Of a stretch of 64,000 nucleotides of DNA, positions 1 through 12,718 are shown piece by piece. The DNA comes from Torpedo marmorata (Eukaryota). The notes beneath the pieces are model-generated. The model made no database searches. It was given only the letters and a program-made list of their open reading frames with translations, and was not told the origin of the DNA. Made by a program: the position numbers and the translations under genes. Where the stretch lies: assembly GCA_977017645.1 (NCBI GenBank), contig OZ360233.1, positions 19,406,001-19,470,000 on the forward strand, read 5' to 3'. The stretch's first letter is position 1. Each line of letters opens with the position of its first letter.

Positions 1-1135
1 AACTCATTGTCGGCGGCTGTTACCGAGTGTAGGCGGGGGGCAGTGAGCTCCGTTCCACCCAGGGAAAGAGTCTGAAAAGTTGTGGGGTGCACCAGTCTTC
101 GCCCCTTAATGTCCACTAATAGGGAATTGGCAATAAGAAAATCCGCGCCCAGGAGCGGTTGCCGCATGGCAGCAAGCGCGAACTTCCTGGTGAAATGGTT
201 GTCTGCAAAACGGAGGGGGATGGTGCGGGTGCCTAAAGTGCGAATATTTCAATTATTGGCCACTCTCAGGCTCTGTCCCACTCTGCTGCTGCGGACGTCG
301 GATCTGGAAGGGGGAAAAACGCTGATTCCGGCCCCGGTGTCAACCAGGAACCGGCGGCCCGACAGGAAGTCCTGCACGGGAAGGGGGTTGTGATGTAGGC
401 CGACCGTCGCAACCATCAACGACGGCCGGCTCTGGCGTTTCCCTGGAACGCACAGGGGGAGCGGCATCGACGGGCCTCGGAACCACACCGTTGGTGGTAG
501 AAACAGTACTCCTCACCGGTGGGCTGCGTCGGTTGGTGGGTCGTCTTTTTGGGAAGCCGTCTGATTGTTCGCCGTGGACGAGACGTGGTCACTTGATCCA
601 TCGTTGCACAGGCGTCCTTCTTCACCGCCCAGTGCACGTCCGCTCGGGCAGCTACCTTCCCGGGGTCCCCAAAATCCTCCTCCGCGAGCAGCAGCCAGAT
701 GTCTTCTGGCAATCGCTCCAGGAATATCTGCTAGAACAGCAGGCAAGGTCGGTGGCCATCAGTCAAGGCGAGCATGTCGCTCCTGAGGGTGGAAGGGGCC
801 CTGTCCCCCAAGCCGTCCATATGCAGCAATCGGGCCGCCCGCTCTCGCCTCGAGAGCCCGAAAGTGCAAGAAAAAAGCTCCTTGATGGCTACATGCAGGA
901 CGCCGCAGGAAGTCGATTTTCCTCGCCGCAGTCTCCTGCTCGAGGGCACTTACCACGTGGTAATAGCACGCGGTGTCGTCGGAAATCCATCGAAGGGCGA
1001 ACTGTGCCTCGGCCTGTTCTAACCACACCAGTGGTTGCGATGTCCAGAAGCTCGGTAGATTCAACAAACCGCGTTGATTGTAGGCTGTTCCATCTTCGGA
1101 TCAAAATAGTCGTTTGGACCCGCCGGGGTCACCTC
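1..1135 (-). mobile_element. Gypsy-type LTR retrotransposon internal region (frameshifted gag and aspartic protease), running off the window start
   Basis: Minus-strand ORF pieces: LPSFWTSQPLVWLEQAEAQF (gag N-terminus), CFYHQRCGSEARRCRSPC (gag C-terminus), RRFLVDTGAGISV (protease DTG motif). PBS-like GGTGACCCCG immediately inside the LTR. Confidence 0.85.
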
Positions 1136-1472
1136 TGTAGCGCGTCGCTACGGTTATAGCTCTGCGCGTCGAGTCGGTTATAGCTCTAGTCACTTGAGCT
1201 CAAGAGGAGATACGCACCCTCTGAGCATGAAGTCAGAACTGCCTAATATGCCGTCGGCTCTGCCTTTTATAGGCGGGCCAAGGCGGGCTGCCACGTCACT
1301 GATGCGACGACCAGGATTGGTCGACCACGATATGTCGTCGGGGATTGGCCTATTTCCTCCCTGCCGTTGTGGCCTATGGAAACAGGCCGTTTGGATCACG
1401 TGCCGCCTGCCGATCTTCGCGTTCGACCACCGCTCCCTGTGCGGCCTGCGGAGTAGGTCGCGGGCCGCTGCA
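1136..1472 (-). mobile_element. 5' LTR of the Gypsy element
   Basis: Bounded by TGTAGCG...CGCTGCA (TG..CA terminal inverted repeat) and abuts the PBS-like sequence. Confidence 0.7.
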
Positions 1473-2561
1473 CTATCATACTTTCATACTTCATCTTTTT
1501 ATTCCTAATGAGTTTTAGTCACCTTCTGTATTTTTTTAAAACTCGCCATTCCTCTATCCTCCCAGTAATTGTTGCTCCCTTTTGCTTTCACATTGTTTTT
1601 GACGTCCCGAGAAACAACAATTCATAAACGGAAGCTTGCTAACTTCGGCTTACCTCTTGAGTATTTGTCTTCCGCACAACCAGGTTGTGATCAGCTATCT
1701 CATACAATTCCATCTCCCTCCAGAAGATGGTGAACTTCTTCCTATTCGGGGGTTTCTCCGCTCCTTACAGAGACTTGACTCACCAGAAAGGAAAGCATTC
1801 ATGCCCTGCAGTTTGGATTGGCGCGAATCAGATCTCGCGTGCCAACGAAGGCTTGCTCATGAACAAACACATTTACACGACACATATTGTGTACTCCTCG
1901 CTGTGTAATTACACGTGAATCGCCAGTTCAACTATACGCCTGGCAAGAAGAGATATCCTTTCTCAGGAATCACACGCTGAATGGATCGGACTTTAAATGG
2001 CAGGACACTAATGTATCCACTTTCCTGTCATGTTATTTTTAAGACCATGTACGAATACTCCTCATCTTTCCACTTCTTATATCAATCCAGGAATATACCT
2101 TCGTAATGCAAACTTCAACTGCACCGACCTCAAATTATATGGCTGCAAACTGATTCACGAAAACACCAGGCTCATTCTCGCCACGCATTTTCTCCTCTGA
2201 CGTCCAACCAATGACTCGTCACCCCACATCCGTGCACAACAACAACTTATTGTTTCCGGACTTTCAGAACAGTGAAGCAATGTCGAGGCGCAGAGAGGTT
2301 TGCTCCTTGGATTTTACAATGGAAAGCACGTTTGGAAAATTTATTACAGTCCGTTTTAGGTCGAATGCAGATGAATAGAAAATGGCAACCAATGGATATG
2401 AAGAACACTGAATATCAAACGAAATACGATGAGGTCCAACAGAAGTACTCAGTCAACAAATAAAAAATGGACATAGAAAAGTAGCTAAATATTGAAAGCG
2501 GGCAACTGGGATTATTATCGGGTTCAGACTATTTGATAACAACTCCAACTCTATCGACAAA

Positions 2562-2891
2562 ATGAAAATCCTGGTAATTGTTCTGGTGTTCGGAGAATGC
2601 CAAGTATGTAATGCTGAATTGAATAGTATATCGACATTGTCGACGGAGGATCGACCTGAATTGCAATCACTCCGGACCAACCTTCCAATATTTCAATTTC
2701 TAGATGTACCGGAAACATCAAGACAAATGGCTTGAGATAATTCTGCGGAAACACTCGCGCGGTTATGGAGATAAATCAGATTTTGCTCAAGCCCGCTTCT
2801 CTGTCAACCTCCAGAGCATAAGAAAATACAACTATTCAACAGCCGGCGACACAATTGAGCGACTCTTCATTTATTATTGCACTCTGAGCCA
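2562..2891 (+). pseudogene. TCR alpha/delta V pseudogene (V1)
   Basis: Leader-like MKILVIVLVFGECQ, then frameshifted LNCNH...F*MYRKHQDKWLEIILRKHSRGYGDKSDFAQARFSVNLQ...IYYCTLS, homologous to the V at 6608. In-frame TAG and a shortened RSS. Confidence 0.85.
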
Positions 2892-2923
2892 CACAGTGGT
2901 TAAACCCTCTGAATAAAAAAACC
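2892..2923 (+). other. Defective recombination signal sequence of V1
   Basis: CACAGTG heptamer, only about 16 nt spacer, then AAAAAAACC. Confidence 0.7.
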
Positions 2924-3149
2924 TCAATATTCTCTTCAAAACTTATTTTCCCAACTGCAGTTGACAAAATAATCCCTGTTGTGTGGTGTGTGTGGTATTC
3001 CCCTTGATAATTCTTCCCATTTTCTTTCACTTTCCCTTGTCCCCTGTCTGTTCGGGTGTTGCCATGACTTTGTCGTCACCCGATGGAATAGACAATTAAA
3101 ATGTATCTCTTTTGTCCGCTTTATCCAATATCTGAATGTTTACTGGATC

Positions 3150-5940
3150 CCACTTACCTATCCCCCCACTACTCCTTCCCTATCCTCCTACACCTCCCCC
3201 TACTCCACCTCCATCTCCCCCTCTCTGCCCCCTCTCCTCCCCAACCCTCCGACCTCACCCCCCCTCTCTCTGGTTACACTCCATACCCCCTCTCCCACAC
3301 TCCTACTTCCTCCGCCTCCCTCCGACCCACCTCCCCCGCCAACACCCCCAAACCCCTCCTCCTCCCTCCAACCTCCCCACCCTCCAACTCCACCCTCTGA
3401 CCTCCCCAACCCTCCCCCTCTCCACAACACCCTCCACAACACCGATCCCCACTCTAACCCCTGCTTGATTTTCACTATCCCCTCCGACCTTCCCCTCTCT
3501 GCGATGAAGCGCTCGGTCCTCAGCAGAGGACTCACATTCGTCTCCCTCCGCCAACACCTCAACGAGTTCCGCGCACGCCGTGATGCTGTACACTTCTTCC
3601 ATCGCCTCCGCCTCAGTGCTCACTTCCATGACCGTGACTCTCCACCACCCCACTCCCACCAAAGACCCTTTGTTCCGCTTCAAGCCTTCTTCCTCTTCCT
3701 GGACACCTCGTCCTGGCCGGCTGCCCGCTCTGGATCTTTTTATTTCCTACTGCCGTCGAGACATCAACCGTGTCAAATTCACCACGCCCCTCTCGCATTC
3801 CAACCTCACCTCCTCAGAACGCTCTGCCCTCCACTCTCCCCGCAACAATCCCAACATCACCATCAAACCCGCAGACAAGGGCGGTGCGGTTGTGGTCTGG
3901 CGCACTGACCTCTACCTTGCCGAGGCTAGTCGACAGCTCTCAGACACCTCCTCCAACCGACCCCTCCCACAGGACCCCACCACAGCACATCAAGCCACTG
4001 TCTCCAACACCATCTCCGACATCATCACCTGCGGTCACCTCCCCTCCACGGCCACCAACCGCATTCTGCACCACCCGGCACTGCCCGTTTCTACCTTCTA
4101 CCCAAGATACACAAACCCAACCATCCGGGCAGACCCATTGTTTCTGCCTGCTCCTGCTCCACCGAACACGTTTCATCTTACCTTGACTCCATCTTTTCTC
4201 CCCTGGTCCAATCCCTCCCCACCTACATCCGTGACACCTCGCATGCCCTCCATCTCCTCAATGACTTCAGATTCCCTGAACCGGAACGCATCATCTTCAC
4301 CATGGATTTCCAATCCCTTTATACCTCTATCCCCCACACAGAAGGTCTGAAAGCACTTCGCTTCTTCCTGGACCAAAGACCCGACCAGTCACCCTCTAAC
4401 ACCACCCACCTCCGTCTGGTAGAACTTGTCCTCACTCTCAATAACCTCTCCTTCAACTCATCCCACTTCCTCCAATTCAACGGAGTAGCCATGGGTACCC
4501 GCATGGGTCCCAGCTACGCCTGCCTGTTTGTGGGCTTTGTGGAGCAATCCATGCTGCAATCCTACACAGGCAAGACCCCTCATTTCTTCCTCCGTTATAT
4601 CGACGACCTCATCGGGGCTGCCTCATGCACCCGCGATGAGCTTGTCAACTTCATGCACTTCGCATCAAACTTCCACCACGATCTCAAACTCACCTGGTCC
4701 ATCTCCGATAACACTCTCGCCTTCCTGGATGTCTCTGTCTCCATCTCAGGAGACAAGCTTTCCACCGGTATTTACTACAAACCATCCAACTCCCACAACT
4801 ATCTGGACTACACTTCCTCACACCCTGTCCCCTGCAAGGATTCCATCCCCTTCTCTCAATTTCTCCGTCTCCGCCGCATCTGTTCCCAAGATGAGGTCTT
4901 CCAGTTCAGATCTTCTGAAATGTCTGCCTTCTTCCACAAACGTGGCTTCGCCTCCATCACCATAAACTCAGCCCTCAGCCGCATCTCTTCCATTTCCCGC
5001 TAATCTGCCCTGGCCCCCTCTGCCCCCAGACGCAACAAACATAGAATCCCCCTCATCCTCACCTACCATCCCACCAGCTTCCGCATCCAACACATTATCC
5101 GCCGGACTTTCCTGCACTTACTACAGGATCCCACCACCAGACACATTGTTCCTTCTCCGCCCCTCTCGGCTTTCCGCAGGGACCGCTCCCTCCGCGATTC
5201 CCTCCTGCACTCATCCCTCCCCACCCATCGCACCCCCGGCACCTTCCCCTGTGCCCGCAGGAGGTGCAACACCTGCGCCCACACCTCCCCCCTCACCACT
5301 GTCCGGGGACCCAAACAGGCCTTTCAAGTGAAATTACACTTCACTTCTCCATCCAGAGAACTCATTTACTGCATCCGGTGCTCCCTTTGTGACTTTCGCT
5401 ACATCGGAGAGACCGGTCGTAGATTGGGAGATCGCTTTGCTGAGCACCTCCTCTCCGTCCGCAACAACAGCGACCTCCCAGTAGCCAGCAATTTCAATTC
5501 CGAGTCACACTCCCACACTCACATGTCTGTCCATGGCCTTATGTACTATCCCACCCAGACTATCCGCAAATTGGAGGAAGAACATCTCATTTTCCTTCTG
5601 GGCACTCTCCAGCCAGATGGCATTAACATTGACTTTTCTGCTTTCCACTAAACCTGCTTGTCTTTTCCTTCCCCTCCCCCTCACCTGTCCTTCCTGTTTT
5701 TTCCACCCATCCAGCCACCCCTCTTCCCCCACTTTTCTGCTGTCCCCTCCCTCCTTTCTCCACCTATCATCTCCTGCCTTTGCCACCCCCTTCCCCCCTC
5801 ACTCTTTTGTTCGGACGCCTGCCGGCATTTGCTCATACTTTGATGAAGGGCTCAAGCCCGAAACGTCGGTTATGTATTTCTACCTTTGCTACATAAAAGA
5901 CACTGTTTGACCTGCTGAGTTTCTACAGCATTTGTGTTTT
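3150..5940 (+). mobile_element. Penelope-like retroelement (RT plus GIY-YIG endonuclease), degenerate
   Basis: IKPADKGGAVVV, GVAMGTRMGPSYA and FLRYIDD RT motifs; LIYCIRCSLC..YIGETGRRLGDRFAEH GIY-YIG; frameshifts and stops; 3' terminal region with a hammerhead-like motif. Confidence 0.92.
5833..5877 (+). ncRNA. Minimal hammerhead-ribozyme-like motif in the Penelope 3' region
   Basis: TTGATGA-A-GGGC-TCAA-GCCC-GAAAC-GTCG-GTT: core boxes and stem II present, C3 replaced by U, stem I weak. Confidence 0.5.
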
Positions 5941-6464
5941 TTATTTTTATCTGATTGTTCACGTCAGCTTGGCACCGTTCTTTCCTCGCGTTCCGGTAAT
6001 CAATATTATATCTTGCCCCTGTTAAAGTGGACCTGGGGTTTCTTGAAAGCAAACACGAATACAGCTGCAAAATCAAACTTTTAATCACTTTGAAAGCATG
6101 AGATCTCCGTTTTAAAAAAAAAGGCCTGCCACGAATAGATAAATTACTACAAAGGAGACTGCCTCGTTGCTTACAATATCACCTTCTTTATACTTACTAA
6201 TATATTGTTTCCCTGCATATTGGAACAAACTTCTCCCTATAAGTATATATTCCGTAAAAGTCTCTCGGGATTCATTAGTTAGTCTCACACCATCCGACCA
6301 AATAAGGAGTGGTTTATGGAGAACATTTCACATTCGTTAACAGTTACTCCCCGCCCAATACCGCAATAGCGCAATCACCACAAACAGTGGAATCCAGAAC
6401 ATACTGAAGACCGAAAACAGTTCGCTGAGGAGAAAACAGCCCTAAATTCTCCCAAATTGGCATA

Positions 6465-6902
6465 ATGAAAATATTTGTCATTTGGATAGTATGCGGATCA
6501 TACCTGTATCTTGCGGGTAAAGCAATTGTGAACAATTTCACATACTTACTCGAAAGGGGATTGGACATGAATTGTAATCTAAACTAACTATATCTGTTTT
6601 GCTCCAGATCGCAATCATGGAGATTCTGTGTCCTCCGAAGTGAAGTCAGAAGGAGAGGCGGTGACTTTCAGCTGCACCTATGACACTACGGAGAGCTACT
6701 ACTTTTTATTCTGGTATCGGAGAAAACAAGAGACAAGGCCGGAGTTTATTCTTCGGAAACATTCGAGTGGTGATGTAGCAAAAGCAGATTTTGCTCAAGT
6801 ACGCTTCTCCGCCGAGCTCCAGGCCGCAAGAAAATTCACCAATTTAACAATTTCGACGCTGCAACTGAGTGACTGTGCAATTTATTACTGCAGCCTCAAT
6901 AC
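6465..6902 (+). CDS. TRAV: TCR alpha/delta V segment (V2); leader exon 6465-6516, intron 6517-6607, V exon 6608-6902
   Basis: MKIFVIWIVCGSYLYLA + G|GTAAAG donor and CTCCAG acceptor. Spliced frame open: DRNHGDSVSSEVKSEGEAVTFSCTYDT...LFWYRRKQ...RFSAELQ...LTISTLQLSDCAIYYCSLNT. Alpha versus delta use cannot be decided here. Confidence 0.92.
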
Positions 6903-6941
6903 CACAGTGCGGGAAATGACATAAACCTTCTTACAAAAACC
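6903..6941 (+). other. 23-RSS of V2 (consensus)
   Basis: CACAGTG + 23 nt + ACAAAAACC. Confidence 0.97.
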
Positions 6942-7324
6942 TACACTTCTCTACAGTTCTCTATTTTATCCTGTGCAGGCGAAATATATGCACATGTTTG
7001 CTGTTTGTGGTTTCCCGCCACTTTGATCTCGAGGTGAATACCTGCAGTTTTCATAGTCCTCGGCCTGTGGTTTTACTGAGTGGCTTATTCTCACACGCTG
7101 GAATTTATCTCTTGAACGTCTCTCTTTAGATTTATAACATCTGACCTCTCCTGGTTTTTAGCGTGCAACTCTTGAAGTTTTTGGTCAGCTTAGCATTCAC
7201 ATCCTTCGTCCCCATCTGAAGGTTTGATATTTTCTCTTTGATCGCCATTCCTACAGCGACCTGTCCATCCTTGGACTTCGCTACTGCCAGAGTGAGGCAT
7301 GCCGTAAACAACAGAAACAGCATT

Positions 7325-7935
7325 TAATTTCCGGCATGGGCAATCTAAATCCCGGTCATATGAACACTGACTTTTTCCAATTTCATGCAAGGAGTACCCC
7401 CGCCCCTCTTCCCAGATACTTCCGTTGATTAACCTTCTCCATCTACATCCACCCAGCCAGCCCACTTCCCCGTAGAGATCCTTATCTTCTCATGTTCTAT
7501 TCTCTGCTACTCATTTTTGGCCATCTTCTTCTTTCCCCCACGTCCCATCTGTCCTTCCCTCACAGCTCATGCTACACTAATAATATCACATTCGCTTCTT
7601 ATCAGATTCCATCACTGACAGCCTTTGCGTCCACTTATCACTCGCTTCACCCTGCACGACTCGCTTCCCACCTGGCCCGTTTCCCCCTCTTCCTCTTGGC
7701 TCCTATTTTCTGGCCACTGCAAATCGACTGGCTGTCTCCGTAATCCTTCACTGCCCCCGGTTCATAAATCCCCATTGTCTCCGCAGCAACCCCTCTCACC
7801 CTGTCTACATTATTCAACTTCCCCTCTGCACTCTCAGTTTTATCAGCCGTTGCAGCTCCAAACGTCAAATTATTTTTCTCGCACTGACGCAGCTCGACCT
7901 GCAGAGATCCTCCAGCAGATTGTTCGTTTCCAGTC
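7325..7935 (+). mobile_element. Old Penelope-like 3' fragment
   Basis: Pyrimidine-rich tract ending in gacctgcagagatcctccagca, resembling the 3' end at 5900-5940. Confidence 0.4.
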
Positions 7936-8269
7936 TTGTTATCATTACGAAAGTTTGACTTTAGAGCGATTTGCATAAATGAGCAGAGATATAAGGCTTA
8001 ATCAACACTGATTGAAATTAATGTTCAGAAGATCAGACTCTGCAAAGCAATTAGATACATTAATAGTAAATTTAGTGGAAGAGTAGGATGAAAAACAACT
8101 GTTCTATGCCCCACAACAACAAGAATGTACGTGAATAAGATCTGAAGTTGGTTATTCGGCTAATTCCCTGCCATGTAATGTAACTCTGTGCGATCTGTCT
8201 CACGCCTAATATTTCTGTACAATTTACCTGCCCTTAATGTCTTGATATTTCAATTTTTTCTTATGTCCT

Positions 8270-8770
8270 GGCCTGGCCCAAACACGTTGACACGATTATC
8301 AAGAAGGCACACCAACCCCTCTACTTTTGGATAATAATAAGAAAGTTCAGCAGCCCGCAAGAAACTCAAGAAATTCGGCAACTGAACAATTGAATGCATT
8401 CTAGCTGGGTGCATCATTGCGTGGTACAGGTCTGTTCCGCTCAGGAACGGAATAAGCTGTTCTAAGATTATGAGTCCAGCTCCGAAAGTCACGCAGACCT
8501 CCCCTCTCTCAATGGAATCATCTGCATCTCCCGCTGCCTAGGTAGTATAGCTAACACACTGATTGGCCCTTCCCAGACTGGACACTCTCTCTTAACCATC
8601 GTCCTATCTGGAAAAGTGTTCGAGTGTGAAGCAGGCTGAAACACCCTATCCATGACGCGACAGAATGAATCACTCGATGGTGTTATCACACTTCCCTTGT
8701 TTTGTTTTAATTTATCTATACACTGCAACCCTCACCTCTGTAACGGTCTTCTTGCACTGCTGATTTGATA
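8270..8770 (+). mobile_element. Decayed Rex1/Babar LINE 3' fragment
   Basis: Resembles the 3' end of the Rex1 ORF at 57952-58400 (aagaaggcac..., gaatgcattctagctgggtgcatcattgcgtggtac). Confidence 0.55.
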
Positions 8771-8949
8771 GTTATCTGAAGTGAGTTGACTTGCTCGTTA
8801 TCTGGTTAGACGAGGTTGTCTTTCCTGATGACAGTTTGCAGTTATAAAGCTAAATAAAATTTGTTTCATATCTTCCATGGCTGTTAGGTGTCTCGTGCAG
8901 TAGCCCAAAAACCGATTTGTTTCCATTTATCCTCAAGGCAGAACCAGTC

Positions 8950-10780
8950 CGGCAGCGGTTAAACATTGAATATACAGCGAATTATCAGAACTAATGGGAC
9001 ATCATAGGTTCAGAAAACCCGACACGATAGAACGGGGGTGACGAAAGGGGGAGGAGTGACATTGCTCGTCACGGAAACTATCACAGCTGTGCACAGGCAG
9101 AGAAGAACAGCTGGGTCGTCTACTGAGGCTACATGGGTGGAGGGGAGGAACGGGATTCATGGCCGCATTCATGGGGTTGTATTATAGACCGGCCGATAGT
9201 CAAAGAGGATTGGAGGAACAAATCTGTAGAGAGATAGCAGACATCTGCAGGAAACATATGATAGTAGGAGGTATTAACTTCACACATATTGACTTGGACT
9301 CATAAACAGTAAAAGGGCTGTATGGCTTGAAGTTTGCCTAATGAGTTCAGGAAACTTTAGTAAATCAATATTTAGAGGTACCAACTGGAGAGAGTGCAAT
9401 ACTGGATCTCCTATTAGGGAATGAGACAAGACACGTGACAAAGGTATGTGTAGGGGAACATTTTGGGTCCATTGATCATAATGCCATTAGTTTCAAATTA
9501 ATTATGGAGAATGATAGGTCTGGGCCTCGGGTTGAGATTGTAAATTGGAGAAAGGCATATTTTGAGGAAATGAGAAATGATCTAGAATGCGTGGATTGGG
9601 ATAAGTTGTTTTCGGTCAAGGATGTGCGAGGAAAGTGGAAGACCTTCAAAGGTGAAATTCTAAGAGTACAGAGGTTGGAGGTTCCTGTCCTAACTAAAGG
9701 CAAAGTTAGCCGGGACAGGGACCTTGGTTTTCGAGCGATATTGGTGATCTATCTCGGAAGAACAGAGAGGTGTATAGCTGGTATAGGCAACACAGAGCAA
9801 ATGAGGAACTCGAGGAGTATAGAAATGCAAGTAAAACGTCAATAAAGAAATTAGGAAGGCTAAAATAAGACATGAGGCTGCTTTGACAGACAATATGAAG
9901 GAAAATCCGAAGGGTTTCTACATCAATATGAAGAGCAAAGTGATGGTAAGGGCCAGAATTGGTCCCCTCGATGATCAGTGTGGTCGGCTATATATGGATA
10001 CAAAAGAAATGGGGGAGATATTAAATATTTTTATTTGACCAGAATTCACTACGTGAACTGGCACAGAGTCAAGGGTAGTTATGAAAACAAGCAGTGAGGT
10101 AATGCAACCTAGACAGATTAAAAAGGCGGTGGTTCTTGCTGTCTTAAAGCAAATAATGGTAGATAAATCTCCAGGGCCTGACAAGATATTCCATCGAACC
10201 TTGACGGAGGCTAGTGTAGAAATTACAGGGGCTCTGGCGGAAATATTTAAAATGTCCTTAGCCTGGGGCGTGGTGCCGGAGGATTGCAGGGTAGCTCACG
10301 TTGTTCAATTCTTTAAAAAGTGTCCAATGTTAGCCCTGGAAATTAAAGACTGACGTCAGTAGTAGGTAAATTATTGTAGGGTTCTCTGAGGCATCGGAGA
10401 TACAAGTATCTGGATAGCCAGGGACTGATTAGGGATAGTAAACCTGGCTTCGTGTGTGTTACGTCGTGTTTAACAAATCTTATAGAATTTTGTGAAGAGG
10501 CTACCAGGAAAGTTGACGAAGGAAAAGCTGTGGATGTTGTTTATATGGACTTTAGTATGGACTTTCACAAGGTCTCGAATGAGAGGTTAGTCAGGAAGGT
10601 TCAGACGCTCGGTATCCATGGTGAAGTAGTAAAATGGAATTGACAATGGCTGGACGGGAAAATCCAGACAGTCGTGGTGGATTATTTCTTCTAAGATTGG
10701 AGGCTTGTGACTAGTGGTGTGCCTCAGGGATCGGTACTAGAATCATTGTTGCGTGCCATCTATATCACCCATCCACCCCT
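8950..10780 (+). mobile_element. CR1 LINE ORF2 fragment (endonuclease to RT), degenerate
   Basis: [48 protein letters not shown]; many stops; ends at an assembly gap. Confidence 0.9.
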
Positions 10781-11081
10781 NNNNNNNNNNNNNNNNNNNN
10801 NNNNNNNNNNNNNNNNNNNNNNNNNNNNNNNNNNNNNNNNNNNNNNNNNNNNNNNNNNNNNNNNNNNNNNNNNNNNNNNNNNNNNNNNNNNNNNNNNNNN
10901 NNNNNNNNNNNNNNNNNNNNNNNNNNNNNNNNNNNNNNNNNNNNNNNNNNNNNNNNNNNNNNNNNNNNNNNNNNNNNNNNNNNNNNNNNNNNNNNNNNNN
11001 NNNNNNNNNNNNNNNNNNNNNNNNNNNNNNNNNNNNNNNNNNNNNNNNNNNNNNNNNNNNNNNNNNNNNNNNNNNNNNNNN
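10781..11081. other. Assembly gap
   Basis: Run of N. Confidence 1.
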
Positions 11082-11514
11082 TGATGGTCCTCCCTGTTGA
11101 CGCCCAGTGCGATGCTTTACAGATACCATGCCACACAAAGATACATGTAGACAGCACATTTTGAATTGTGTTCCTTGGAATTGTTATGAACATGGACGGG
11201 AATCTTGCCCTCCGAAACCTCGTTCGGACTGTAATGTTCCAGCAGCAACTGGAAGATTAAAGGATTCGAGACCAGTGATCAGATCATTTAAGGGTGCTGA
11301 CCCATTGAACAACGAAGGAAAAGGTGCGGTGGAGATGTGGGCGGAATAGGAATGGCTTCGAACAGTGGGGTTTAAAACTACGACACGATAAAGAACATCC
11401 TACGGCTTCTTCCATGATCGGCGTACTCATCATGTAGTCAGTAGGAGATTACTAATCAGGGTGAAGAAAATTATGTATTCTAATCAGATCGCCAATCGCC
11501 TAGTTTCTAAATAT

Positions 11515-11770
11515 GTTTGTGTGTGCGTGTGTGTGTGTGCTGCTGTGTGTGCTGTTGTCTGTGAGAATGAAAGAGGGAAAAATCAAAGCATTGTAAGCGT
11601 TTGTTGTTACGGATGGATAAATATAATAGTTAGGTTAAATTGAGAGAGAGATGTGAGCGAGTTGGAGAGCTAGAATAAGTGAGGGAGTGAGAGAGAAAGA
11701 ACGAACCAGAGAGAGAGAAAGAGAAAGAGAGAGAGAGAGGGGAGAGGAGAGAGAAAGAGAGAGAGAGAGT
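11515..11770. repeat. (GT)n and (GA)n microsatellite tracts
   Basis: Directly visible dinucleotide runs. Confidence 0.85.
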
Positions 11771-11849
11771 AAGTCACAGTTCCGGATATTGGACAGAGTC
11801 AGCACACCATTTGTAACTGTTTATTGTGGTCAAATTGGCACTGAGTCTG

Positions 11850-12013
11850 NNNNNNNNNNNNNNNNNNNNNNNNNNNNNNNNNNNNNNNNNNNNNNNNNNN
11901 NNNNNNNNNNNNNNNNNNNNNNNNNNNNNNNNNNNNNNNNNNNNNNNNNNNNNNNNNNNNNNNNNNNNNNNNNNNNNNNNNNNNNNNNNNNNNNNNNNNN
12001 NNNNNNNNNNNNN
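11850..12013. other. Assembly gap
   Basis: Run of N. Confidence 1.
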
Positions 12014-12213
12014 AAGAAGACAAGCGATTATTGTCATTTACACGTGCAATTTTCAGATGAACTGATATTATTGTTGGCTCTCGCCATGCAGGTACGTACT
12101 AATGTACTAATAAATTACAAATTAAATTCCCACGCAAAAATTAATAATGTAATTGAAAGAATATATATTCATGGCGGATGAAAGAGCGAGAGAGACGATG
12201 TGACAGATAATGA

Positions 12214-12347
12214 NNNNNNNNNNNNNNNNNNNNNNNNNNNNNNNNNNNNNNNNNNNNNNNNNNNNNNNNNNNNNNNNNNNNNNNNNNNNNNNNNNNNNNN
12301 NNNNNNNNNNNNNNNNNNNNNNNNNNNNNNNNNNNNNNNNNNNNNNN
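12214..12347. other. Assembly gap
   Basis: Run of N. Confidence 1.
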
Positions 12348-12545
12348 TGTGAGAGAATAAGTGTGATAGAGAGAAACAGAGAGAGGTAGAGAGGGAGAGA
12401 GACAAACAGAGCGAAAGAGAGTGAAAAGGAGGGAAACAGATAGGAGATAGAGATAAATCAAGAGAGAGGAGGAGAGAAGAATGTGTGTGTGTGTGTGTGT
12501 GTGCGTGAGAGAGAGAGAGAGAGAGAGAGACAGAGTGAGAGAGAA
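12348..12545. repeat. (GA)n/(GT)n microsatellite
   Basis: Directly visible. Confidence 0.9.
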
Positions 12546-12718
12546 CATGGCCGAGCTGAAGAGCACTGTTTGGTATTGAGAATCTGTCAGCTGTGCCAGA
12601 CGATCCAATACTGCATCTGGGATGCGCTCTCAGGTCATGAATAAATGAAGCACTTTAGTTTTCCGGCCTTAATCTGTGATCATTTTGAAATCATTGCATT
12701 GATCCCACAATTACCGCA

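Noticed and set aside
2979-3908. 309-aa proline-rich ORF
   Set aside because: C-rich low-complexity 5' part of the Penelope element; no independent gene evidence.
10707-12608. ORFs containing long X runs or dipeptide repeats
   Set aside because: Artefacts of assembly gaps and microsatellites.
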